From Sphingomonadaceae bacterium (GTDB lineage: Bacteria > Chloroflexota > UBA6077): 43,136 nt of DNA. The position numbers and the translations under genes are program-made. This document shows, piece after piece, positions 1 to 8,489 of the stretch (position 1 is its first letter; each line of letters opens with the position of its first letter). The stretch lies in the NCBI GenBank assembly GCA_050261575.1, contig JBLNDL010000095.1, positions 1-43,136 of the forward strand. Direction: 5' to 3'. The notes below the pieces were generated by a model, which was not told the origin of the DNA, did not search any database, and saw nothing but the letters and a program-made list of their open reading frames with translations.

Positions 1-52
1 GAATGGGCCAGGCAGGCACCGAGTGGACCTCCTGGCATACCAAACCAGGATG

Positions 53-117
53 CCCTTCGGTAAGGTCCCTTTATGAGGCAACGAAGCCCCTTCGGTAAGA
101 TCTAATTGTGAGGCAAC
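53..117. repeat. Tandem imperfect 30-bp direct repeat (period 35), recombinase-site-like
   Basis: CCCTTCGGTAAGGTCCCTTTATGAGGCAAC (53-82) vs CCCTTCGGTAAGATCTAATTGTGAGGCAAC (88-117); 25/30 identical. Confidence 0.75.
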
Positions 118-151
118 ACGCGCAAACGCCATACGCCCCAGGGTCTCTCCT

Positions 152-240
152 TGTTACTCTGAGCCGGAGGCGAAGGGCCTCCACGTGGAAATGCAGGTGC
201 ACCCCAAGAGGAGATGCTTCGCTGACGTTCGACATGACAG
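152..240. repeat. Degenerate REP-like inverted doublet (TGTCA...TGACA type)
   Basis: TGTTACTCTGAGC..GCGAAGGGCCTC ... GAGATGCTTCGCTGACGTTCGACATGACA; related copy at about 19956-20025. Confidence 0.5.
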
Positions 241-498
241 CCATGGTGGAGCTATCGACCATTGGCGGGGCCTCGCCGAGGGTCCAGCCCTGCATGGCAC
301 GACGGCATGGGCTACTTTGAGATAGCCCCGCCGTTCGCCCGTGCTTGCTCCCAGGCCGCGGCATAGCATATCATGTTTTCCAGTTCGGCGAGGGCGCTCT
401 CTCCTATACACGCCCCGACTTCTCCCCAGCGCGCCGCGCCTCGAGGGAAGCCCGCCGCTACCGGAACCGGATCGGACGGCTCGTCCGGGGCCATGGAG

Positions 499-514
499 TG
501 GCATGCAGGTTGCA
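499..514 (+). promoter_or_regulatory. sigma54-type -24/-12 promoter
   Basis: TGGCATG-CAGG-TTGCA matches TGGCAC(G)-N4-TTGC, about 100 bp upstream of the 615 CDS. Confidence 0.6.
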
Positions 515-614
515 GTAGAACGCGAAGACCCCTGCCGTGTGACGTGCGCCGCCGCGGGAGTTTCGCGATTCGACCAGGTAGATATTTATCATAGCTATCT
601 AAAGGAGGCCCGAC

Positions 615-2255
615 TTGAAAGGTGCAATGGCCGTTGCCGACATCCTCAAACGAGAGGGTGTCGACTGCCTCTTTGCCTTCCCAATCAACCCCGTCATCGA
701 CACCGCGTCCCAGCTCGGCATTCGCCCCTACATCGCCCGCACCGAGCGCACCGTCGTCGGCATGGCCGACGCCTACACCAGAGTCACTAACGGCCGCCGC
801 ATCGGCGTCTGCGCTACCCAATGGGGTCCTGGAACCGAGAATACCTTCGGCGGCATCGCCCAGGCATTCTCAGACTCCTCCCCCATCCTCTACCTGCCGG
901 CTGGCTTCCCGCAAAGGCGGCTCGACTCCGCGCCCACCTTCGAGGCCGTAAAGAACTTCCAGTACGTCACCAAGTGGGCCGGACGGATCAACTCCGTCGA
1001 CCGCATTCCCGAGTTCCTTCGCCGAGCCTTCACCTACCTGCGGGCCGGAAGGCCCGGCCCCGTACTGGTCGAGATGCCATCCGACGTACTGGCCGCCGAG
1101 TTGGACGACGCCGCACTCACCTACAACCCCGTCAAGGGCGCCAGGACGATGGCCGACCCCGCCGCCGTCCGCCAGGCCGTGCAGGTGCTGGTTTCCGCCA
1201 AGAGGCCACTCATCCATGCAGGTGTCGGCATCCTGTACGCCGAGGCGTGGAACGAGTTGCGCGAGCTGGCAGAGCTGCTTCAAGCTCCGGTGATGACCAC
1301 CCTCCAGGGCAAGAGTGCATTCCCGGAGGACCATCCACTCTCCGTCGGGGCCTCCTCCGCCGCGGCGTCCAGGGCACTCGCCCGCTTCCTGGCAGAGTCC
1401 GACGTGATCTTCGGCGCCGGCAGCGGACTCGCGATCTCCAGTTACGACGCCCCCATCCCCAAGGGGAAGGTGGCCGTGCAGTTGACCATCGACGAGCGCG
1501 ATTTCAACCGCGACTACGCCACAGAGTACCTGCTGCAGGGTCATGCAAAGCTTGTGCTGCAGCAGATGATTGAGGAAGTCCAGCGGCAGCTAGGCCCGGA
1601 GGGCCGAAAGGGCGACGATCGGGTAGCGCGGGAGATCCAGGGTATCAAGGAGGAATGGTTGAAGGAATGGGAGCCCAAGCTCACCTCCAACGAAGCTCCG
1701 ATGAACCCTTACAGGGTGATCTGGGATCTGCAGCAGGCGCTCGATCTCCGCAACACCATCGCCACCCACGACGCGGGCACACCGCGCGACATGATGGTAC
1801 CCTTCTGGAAGGCACTGGAGCCCAACAGCTACATCGGTTGGGGCAAGTCCACACACCTCGGCTATGGCCTCACGCTCGCTCTCGGCGCCAAGGTCGCCAA
1901 GCCAGAGAAGACCGTGCTCAACGTGATGGGCGACTTGGCCTTCGGCATGAGCGGCTTGGAGCTTGAAACCGGCTCCCGCAACAAGATCGGGATCCTCACC
2001 GTCGTCTTCAACAACGGTCTGATGGGCGATTACGAGAAGCACCTGCCCAATGCTACCAAGCTGTACGGGGCGCGTTACATCACGGGAGACTACAGCAAGA
2101 TAGCCGAGGGGTTGGGCGCTTACGCCGAGCGCGTGGAGCGGCCCGACGAGATCGTCCCCGCCGTCAAGCGAGCCGTGGCGATCACCCAGGAGGGTCGCCC
2201 CGCACTGCTGGAGATGATGACCCGCGAGGAGACCGCGCTATCCAAGTACTGGTAG
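615..2255 (+). CDS. Thiamine diphosphate-dependent enzyme (acetolactate synthase large subunit-like family)
   Basis: ARTER catalytic Glu region, GPG, GRPGPV, ThDP-binding GDLAF...NN motif; SD AAAGGAGG before TTG. Confidence 0.9.
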   Translation: MKGAMAVADILKREGVDCLFAFPINPVIDTASQLGIRPYIARTERTVVGMADAYTRVTNGRRIGVCATQWGPGTENTFGGIAQAFSDSSPILYLPAGFPQRRLDSAPTFEAVKNFQYVTKWAGRINSVDRIPEFLRRAFTYLRAGRPGPVLVEMPSDVLAAELDDAALTYNPVKGARTMADPAAVRQAVQVLVSAKRPLIHAGVGILYAEAWNELRELAELLQAPVMTTLQGKSAFPEDHPLSVGASSAAASRALARFLAESDVIFGAGSGLAISSYDAPIPKGKVAVQLTIDERDFNRDYATEYLLQGHAKLVLQQMIEEVQRQLGPEGRKGDDRVAREIQGIKEEWLKEWEPKLTSNEAPMNPYRVIWDLQQALDLRNTIATHDAGTPRDMMVPFWKALEPNSYIGWGKSTHLGYGLTLALGAKVAKPEKTVLNVMGDLAFGMSGLELETGSRNKIGILTVVFNNGLMGDYEKHLPNATKLYGARYITGDYSKIAEGLGAYAERVERPDEIVPAVKRAVAITQEGRPALLEMMTREETALSKYW

Positions 2256-2295
2256 CCCGCCGGCTACCACCACCCAGTTCGGATCTGACAACGGA

Positions 2296-2332
2296 GTGGG
2301 GTCCGGGAGGCTCCCGGACCCCACCCTTTTCC
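2296..2332 (+). terminator. Intrinsic terminator-like hairpin
   Basis: GTGGGGTCCGGGAG-G-CTCCCGGACCCCAC perfect 14-bp inverted repeat followed by CCTTTT. Confidence 0.6.
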
Positions 2333-2367
2333 TTCAGCGATCCAATCCTGTCAAGGAGTCCAATAGT

Positions 2368-3291
2368 ATGAGCAAGGAGCCCTTACCGGCCGGGGTTTAC
2401 GTCGCACTGGCGACTCCCCTGACGCCGGATTACGATATCGACGTGGAGGGCGTCCATCGCCTGGTGGACCACGTCATCGCCGGAGGCATCTACGGACTGA
2501 ACATCCTGGGATCCACCGGTGAACTGCCCAGCCTCTCCGAACCGAAGCGGCGACGGCTGGTCGGTGCCGTCATGGAGGCCAATCGGGGTAGGGTCCCCGT
2601 CATCGCCGCCCTGGCGCAGAACAGCCTCGACGAGGCGGCACGCGAGGTCGAGGCCCTGGCCCGCCAGGGGGTCAAGGGCGTCCTCGTCACTCCTCCCAGC
2701 TACTACCCCACCAGCCAGCCGGCGGTGGAGAGCTACTACCGCGCGCTGGCCGAGCGATCCCCCGTTCCGCTGCTCGCATACAACATACCCCAGTTCACCA
2801 AGGTGCCCGTCGCCCCGCAGACGATAGTATCCCTCGCTCGGGACAAGGTCGTGGCGGGGATCAAGGATAGTAGCCGAGACTTCGAGTACTTCTCCCAGGT
2901 GGTGTTCGGTACCCGAGGCATCGAGGGGTTCCGGGTCTTCACTGGCAGCGACACGATGCTGTACGCATCGCTGGCGCTGGGCGCCGACGGAACCATCGCG
3001 GGCGGTCCCAATCTGGCCCCCAAGATAGCCGTCGACCTCTACCAGGCATTCCGCGCGTCGGACACGCAGCTTGCTCTCGCTCGACAGCGGGAGGTGTTGA
3101 AGCTGGTGCTGGCCACGCGACGAGGGGTCTTCCCGGCGGGCATCAAAGCCGGGTTGGAGATCCTCGGGATTTGCAGCGACCTCACAGCCCCCCCGATACC
3201 GCGCTACACCCACCAGGAGAAGGAAGAGTTGGCGGGCGAGTTGCGGGAGCTGGGGCTGCTGCCATCCGAGGGGAGGGCCAAAGCGGCGTAG
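2368..3291 (+). CDS. Dihydrodipicolinate synthase (DapA/NAL/KDG aldolase) family protein
   Basis: GSTGE, PPSYY, YNIP and GIKDSS (Schiff-base Lys) motifs; SD AAGGAG before ATG 2368. Confidence 0.9.
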   Translation: MSKEPLPAGVYVALATPLTPDYDIDVEGVHRLVDHVIAGGIYGLNILGSTGELPSLSEPKRRRLVGAVMEANRGRVPVIAALAQNSLDEAAREVEALARQGVKGVLVTPPSYYPTSQPAVESYYRALAERSPVPLLAYNIPQFTKVPVAPQTIVSLARDKVVAGIKDSSRDFEYFSQVVFGTRGIEGFRVFTGSDTMLYASLALGADGTIAGGPNLAPKIAVDLYQAFRASDTQLALARQREVLKLVLATRRGVFPAGIKAGLEILGICSDLTAPPIPRYTHQEKEELAGELRELGLLPSEGRAKAA

Positions 3292-3352
3292 CAGGCCGGC
3301 GGGTTCCTCTCCCAAGGGAAATCCTCGCCCGAACCTCTCCCTCCGAAAGTTG

Positions 3353-3402
3353 CAGGGGCCGGCGTAGGGCCGGTCCCCTGGCGGCGGGGGCTTTGCCCCG
3401 CC
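3353..3402. terminator. Two GC-rich hairpins between convergent genes
   Basis: CAGGGGCCGGC/GCCGGTCCCCTG and GGCGGGG/CCCCGCC. Confidence 0.45.
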
Positions 3403-4827
3403 CTACCTCTTCGCCGGCATCAGGTGGGTGGCGCTGCCCAGGAAGGCCTCGGCCGCCTCCCCCTCGGTTTCGGCGAGGGTCGGGTGCGGGTGCACGGTGA
3501 GAGCCAGGTCTTGCGCCAGGGCACCCATCTCCACCGCCAGCACCCCCTCACCGATCAGCTCTCCCGCCCCCCGACCGGCGATGCCCATCCCCAGCACCCG
3601 CCCGCTGTCGGGGTCGAACACCACCTTGGTCAGACCGTCGGTGGCATCCATGGTGGCCGCCCGGCCGGAGGCGCTCCAGGGGAAGCGGGCCACCTGCACC
3701 GGCCGGCCCTCCCGCTGCGCCTGCACCTCTGTCAAGCCGCACCACGCCACTTGGGGATCGGTGTACACCACTGCGGGGATAGCCCGCACGTCGAAGGCCG
3801 AGGGCTGCCCGGCGATGACCTCAGCCGCCACCCTCCCCTCCCGCATCGCCTTGTGGGCGAGCATGGTGCCGCCGGCCACGTCGCCGACCGCGAAGATGCG
3901 ATCGTCGGCGGTACGCTGCTGCTCGTTCACCACCACGAAGCCCCTTTCGTCCGTGCGGACCCTGGTGTTCTCCAGCCCCAGCCCCTCGGTGTTGGCCCGC
4001 CGGCCGATCGCCACCAGCACCCGATCGAATGTCAGCCGAGGGTGGTCCACCGCCCCCTCCAGATCCACCTCCACCCCGGCGTCCCCATCCTTCACCACTT
4101 TGACCCCGGTGCGCGTGTGTACGGCCTCGAAGCTCTCGCAGATGCGACGAAGCAGGGGTCTCGCCAGGTCCCGATCCACACCAGCCAGCAGCTCCTCGCC
4201 GAGCTCCACCAGGGTCACCCTGCTGCCCAGGGCGGCGTACACCGATCCCAACTCCAACCCCACGTATCCCCCTCCCACCACCAGCAGAGTCTCGGGGATC
4301 TCGGCCAACTCCAGTGCCGCCGCGGAGTCCATCACCCTCCCGCCCGGCTCGAACTCCACGCCGGGCAGAGGAACGGGACGAGAACCAGCAGCCACGATGG
4401 CGTGGCGAAAGCGGAAACGGGAGACGTCGGAACCCTGGAGCCGGACCCGATCGGGGCCGTCGAAGGTGGCTCGGGCCTGCACCCACTGGACGTTGCGCCG
4501 GTTGCTCAGGTTCACCAGCCCGGCGGAGAGCCTGTCGATCACCCGCTCCTTCCACGCTCTGAGTAGCTCCAGGTCGATCCGCGGGCCATCGAATCGCAGC
4601 CCCATCGACGCCGCCCGCCGGGCGTCGTACATCAGCTCGGTCGCGGCCAGCAGGGTCTTGGAGGGAATGCAGCCGCGGAACAGGCAGGTACCTCCGGGCC
4701 GCGCCCCCTCGTCGACTATGGTCACCTCCAGCCCCAGGTCCGCCGCGCGAAAGGCCGCTGCGTACCCGCCGGGCCCGCCGCCGATCACCAGCAACTCGGT
4801 GTCCTGAGTGAGATCCCCCATTACCAT
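3403..4827 (-). CDS. lpdA: Dihydrolipoyl dehydrogenase (E3)
   Basis: GGGPGG FAD motif, GGTCLFRGCIPSK redox disulfide, GGGYVG, C-terminal HPHPTLAE. Confidence 0.95.
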   Translation of the reverse strand: MVMGDLTQDTELLVIGGGPGGYAAAFRAADLGLEVTIVDEGARPGGTCLFRGCIPSKTLLAATELMYDARRAASMGLRFDGPRIDLELLRAWKERVIDRLSAGLVNLSNRRNVQWVQARATFDGPDRVRLQGSDVSRFRFRHAIVAAGSRPVPLPGVEFEPGGRVMDSAAALELAEIPETLLVVGGGYVGLELGSVYAALGSRVTLVELGEELLAGVDRDLARPLLRRICESFEAVHTRTGVKVVKDGDAGVEVDLEGAVDHPRLTFDRVLVAIGRRANTEGLGLENTRVRTDERGFVVVNEQQRTADDRIFAVGDVAGGTMLAHKAMREGRVAAEVIAGQPSAFDVRAIPAVVYTDPQVAWCGLTEVQAQREGRPVQVARFPWSASGRAATMDATDGLTKVVFDPDSGRVLGMGIAGRGAGELIGEGVLAVEMGALAQDLALTVHPHPTLAETEGEAAEAFLGSATHLMPAKR

Positions 4828-4847
4828 AGGCCGCCTCGACGATCCAT

Positions 4848-4892
4848 AGTGACGAGTGATGAGTAGACGCCACTCATCACTCTTCACTCGTC
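4848..4892. repeat. Heptamer inverted-repeat element, family A (ACTCATC)
   Basis: AGTGACG AGTGATG AGT-AGACGCC-ACTCATC ACTCTTC ACTCGTC. Confidence 0.85.
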
Positions 4893-6238
4893 TAAACCCT
4901 CAGCCAGAGCCAGTCCGGATTCTCCAGAGACTCCTTGATCCTCGCCATGAAGCGGGCAGCGTCGGCGCCGTCAAGCACCCGGTGGTCGAAGGCGAGGATG
5001 AGGGGCATCATCAGCCTCGGCACTATCTGGTAGTCCTCCTGGTCACCCACCACCACCGGCTGAAGCTGCGCCCGGCCCATCCCCAGGATCGCCACCTCTG
5101 GATAGTTGACGATTGGAGCGAAGCCGGTACCACCAAGGGCGCCGATATTGGTGACGGTGAAGGTCCCTCCCTGCAACTCCTCCAGCGACGTCTCCCCGGC
5201 CCGGGCCCGGCGGGCCACCTCCTTCAACTCCACGGACAGCTCGACTATGCTTTTCCGGTCGACGTCCCGCACCACCGGCACCATCAGCCCGCGTTCGGTG
5301 TCCACCGCCACGCCGAGGTGGTAGTAGTGCTTCAGCACTATCTCCTGGCTGCCCAGGTCAAGACTGGCGTTGAAGCGGGGGAAGTCCTTCAAAGCCGCGG
5401 TCGCCGCCTTGATGACGAAGACGGTCAGGGTAAGCTTGCCTCCCAGCGCCTCGATCGCGTCCGAGTGCTCCCTGCGGAAGGCATCCAGCCGCGTCACGTC
5501 CACCGACTCTTGGTGGTTGACGTGAGGGATCTGCGACCAGGCCAGCGCCATGTGCGCTGCCGTTGCCCGCCGGACTGAGCGCAGGGGCACCCTCTCCACG
5601 GCGCCCCACCGAGCGAAGTCTGGAAGAGGTGGAACGGTCCACCCACCGGGCGGAACCAGAGCCTCCATTCCCGCGGGGCCGGCCTCCGCACGCGAATCGG
5701 TGGACGGGGTCGTGGGCGCCTCCGGCGAACGAGCCTGGCCGGCCGCGAAGGAGCGCACGTCCTCCGCCGTCACCAGTCCGGCCGGTCCACTCGCGGGCAC
5801 CTGTCGAAGATCCACTCCCAGTTCTCGGGCAAGCCGTCGGGTCGCGGGCGAAGCCGGCACACGCCCCTCCCTTCTTCCACGTTCCACCGTCTGGCTCGCC
5901 TCAAGCGCCGTCTGACCTCCCCCTGCCTGCATCCCGTCCGTCCACGCCCCGCCGTCGGCTGGCGGCACGCTCGAGGCTGCCACCGCCTGACGATCCGTCT
6001 GCCAATCCTCGACGACCATCAGCACGGAACCCACCTTGACCACGTCGCCCTGCCTGGCGCGAAGCTCCGTGACCGTGCCGGTGAAGGGTGATGGGATCTC
6101 GACTGTGGCCTTGTCCGTCTCGATCTCCAGGATCGGCTGCCCCTCGGAGACCTCGCTGCCCTCCGATACCAGTACGGCGGCGATCTCCCCCTCGTGGATA
6201 CCCTCTCCCAGGTCCGGAAGCTTGAACTCTGGAGACAT
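4892..6238 (-). CDS. pdhC: 2-oxoacid dehydrogenase E2, dihydrolipoamide acyltransferase
   Basis: Lipoyl domain ETDKA, E3-binding ASPATRRLARELGVDL, catalytic DHRVLDG. Confidence 0.93.
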   Translation of the reverse strand: MSPEFKLPDLGEGIHEGEIAAVLVSEGSEVSEGQPILEIETDKATVEIPSPFTGTVTELRARQGDVVKVGSVLMVVEDWQTDRQAVAASSVPPADGGAWTDGMQAGGGQTALEASQTVERGRREGRVPASPATRRLARELGVDLRQVPASGPAGLVTAEDVRSFAAGQARSPEAPTTPSTDSRAEAGPAGMEALVPPGGWTVPPLPDFARWGAVERVPLRSVRRATAAHMALAWSQIPHVNHQESVDVTRLDAFRREHSDAIEALGGKLTLTVFVIKAATAALKDFPRFNASLDLGSQEIVLKHYYHLGVAVDTERGLMVPVVRDVDRKSIVELSVELKEVARRARAGETSLEELQGGTFTVTNIGALGGTGFAPIVNYPEVAILGMGRAQLQPVVVGDQEDYQIVPRLMMPLILAFDHRVLDGADAARFMARIKESLENPDWLWLRV

Positions 6239-6253
6239 GTCCCCACCCCTCTC

Positions 6254-7234
6254 TCAGACCGCTAGGATCTCCCGCGCTGCACGGACGATCCGCTGCGCGT
6301 TGGGCAGGTAGTCGTTCTCCCGGCTGAAGAGCGGAATGATCACGTCGAAGCCGGTCACACGCTTGATCGGTGCCTCCAGGTGGAAGAAGGCCTTCTCCAT
6401 CACGCGGGAGACGATCTCGGCACCGGGGCCGAAGCTGCGTGGCGCCTCGTGGACCACAAGCGCCCGGCCGGTCTTGCGCACCGATCGGGCGAACAGCTCG
6501 TCGTCCAGCGGGGAGATGGTGAGCAGGTCGACGACCTCCAGTTCGACCCCGTGCCGCGCTTTCAGCTCCTCGGCCGCCTCCAGCGTGGGGTGGAGCATCG
6601 CCCCGTAGCAGATGGCGGTGAGGTCGCTGCCCTCCCGAGCGATCCGCGACCTGCCGATGGGCATCGTCTCTTCCTCCTCCGGCACCTCCTCCCTGAACGC
6701 CCTGTACACGGCCTTCGGCTCGTAGAAGACCACGGGATCGGGGTCGCGGATGGCGCTGACCAGCAGCGCGCGTGCGTTCCTGGGACCCGAGGGTATCACC
6801 ATCTTGAGGCCGGGCATGTGGGCCCAGAACGCCTCCCTGCTCTCGGAGTGGTGCTCCAGGGCACGCACGCCTCCGCCGTACGGAGCCCTGATCACCATCG
6901 GGACCCCGAAGCGTCCCTGGGATCGGTGACGCAGGCGAGAGGCGTGGCACTCGACCTGATGGAGGTTCAGGTAGTCGAAGCCAGCAAACTGGATCTCACA
7001 CACTGGCCGCAGACCGTAGACGGCCATGCCGATCGACGTGCCGACGATCGCGGACTCGGCCAGCGGGGTGTCCACGACCCGTCGCTCGCCGAACCTGTCG
7101 ATCAAGCCATCGGTCACCCGAAAGACTCCCCCGTCCTTTCCCACGTCCTCGCCCAGCACCAGCACCCGTTCGTCCCTCTCCATCTCCTGCCGCAGGGCAA
7201 GGTTCAGGGACTGGACCATAGTCATCTTAGCCAC
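6254..7234 (-). CDS. pdhB: 2-oxoacid (pyruvate/branched-chain) dehydrogenase E1 beta
   Basis: LGEDVG, DTPLAES, EHHSES motifs; GTG start with GGAGG. Confidence 0.93.
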   Translation of the reverse strand: MAKMTMVQSLNLALRQEMERDERVLVLGEDVGKDGGVFRVTDGLIDRFGERRVVDTPLAESAIVGTSIGMAVYGLRPVCEIQFAGFDYLNLHQVECHASRLRHRSQGRFGVPMVIRAPYGGGVRALEHHSESREAFWAHMPGLKMVIPSGPRNARALLVSAIRDPDPVVFYEPKAVYRAFREEVPEEEETMPIGRSRIAREGSDLTAICYGAMLHPTLEAAEELKARHGVELEVVDLLTISPLDDELFARSVRKTGRALVVHEAPRSFGPGAEIVSRVMEKAFFHLEAPIKRVTGFDVIIPLFSRENDYLPNAQRIVRAAREILAV

Positions 7235-8417
7235 GATTGTCCTCCCCTGCTCCGCCCGGCACCGGCCGCCGCTCCTCGAACAGGCGCTTGATGACGTCCA
7301 CCGCATCTCCGCCGGCCACCTCGCCCGCACCGCCCCTCGCGGCTACCTCACGACGCAGCTCCTCCCGCTGCTCGATCAGACTCGGTGGCATCTCTGCATA
7401 GGCGTGCTCGAACATGTGGAGGGGATCGGGAGGCTGCTTCATCCGGTTCTCCGCCCGCCACACCGCCGACTGGATCTCGGACCGCACATCCTCTTCCACG
7501 GCTTGGATCGCCTCCTCGGTCAGCAGTCCCTTCCCCTTGAGGTAGCTCTGGAACCGGGGCAGGGGATCACGCCTCACCCATTCCTGAGCTTCCTCCTCGG
7601 AGCGGTACCGTTTGGGATCGTCGGCCGTGGTGTGCATCACCACCCGATATGTGACGCACTCCACCATGGATGGACCGCCGCCCGACCTCGCCCGATCGAC
7701 CGCCTCCTTGGTGGATGCGTAGACGGCGAGAACGTCGTTGCCATCCACCTGTATCCCAGGCACGCCATAGGCGAGCGCCTTCTGGGCAAGCGTCTTGGAC
7801 GCGGTCTGGCGCGATCGGGGGAGGGAGATGGCCCACTGGTTGTTCTGGCAGACGAAGACGACGGGCGTCTGAAACACCCCGGCGAAGTTCATCGCCTCAT
7901 GGAAGTCCCCCTCCGAGGTGGCGCCATCGCCGAAGAAGCAGAGCACCACCTGGTCGCTTCCAGTGTACTTGATGGCTTGCGCAAGCCCGACGGCGTGGAG
8001 GGTCTGAGACCCCACCGGGACCGCGATAGGAAGATCGTTGCGCCCCTCCTCGACACAGCCACCCTCGTCGTAGCCAGCGTAGTACAGCAGGAAGCTCTCC
8101 AGGGAGCGTCCCCGCCAGATCTCGGCGCCGGCCTCCCTGAAAGAGGGCACCATCCAGTCCGTTTCCCTCAGAGTTGCCACCGCCCCCAAGTGGGCTGCCT
8201 CGTGCCCCTGAATGGGGGGGAAGGTGGCGATCCTACCCTGACGCTGAAGCTCGACCATCCTCTCGTCGAAGCGGCGGGCCAGCACCATATGGCGATGTAT
8301 CTTCAGCAGCAAGCCTTCGGGCATCTCGGGTTCGAGTTCCCTGTCCAGGTGGCCGTTCTCATCCAGAATGGAGAGATGGTCCACCCGATGGGGAAGGTCG
8401 ATTTGGCTTCTTGGCAT
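7227..8417 (-). CDS. pdhA: 2-oxoacid (pyruvate/branched-chain) dehydrogenase E1 alpha
   Basis: LQRQGR, GDGATSEGDFHE..NN ThDP motif, HTTADDPKRYR; substrate not resolvable by eye. Confidence 0.93.
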   Translation of the reverse strand: MPRSQIDLPHRVDHLSILDENGHLDRELEPEMPEGLLLKIHRHMVLARRFDERMVELQRQGRIATFPPIQGHEAAHLGAVATLRETDWMVPSFREAGAEIWRGRSLESFLLYYAGYDEGGCVEEGRNDLPIAVPVGSQTLHAVGLAQAIKYTGSDQVVLCFFGDGATSEGDFHEAMNFAGVFQTPVVFVCQNNQWAISLPRSRQTASKTLAQKALAYGVPGIQVDGNDVLAVYASTKEAVDRARSGGGPSMVECVTYRVVMHTTADDPKRYRSEEEAQEWVRRDPLPRFQSYLKGKGLLTEEAIQAVEEDVRSEIQSAVWRAENRMKQPPDPLHMFEHAYAEMPPSLIEQREELRREVAARGGAGEVAGGDAVDVIKRLFEERRPVPGGAGEDNRG

Positions 8418-8489
8418 ATAGGTGCTCCTCAATCCCTCGCTCCGCCCTCTATCAGTAGAGGCAAGGCGCAGAGAGGGAGATCGAACTCT

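Noticed and set aside
53..117. Possible CRISPR repeats (30 bp)
   Set aside because: Only two copies, 5 nt apart; no spacers and no cas genes.
71..821. Several short overlapping ORFs in the leader
   Set aside because: No recognisable motifs; they overlap repeats, promoter elements or the real CDS; typical high-GC spurious ORFs.
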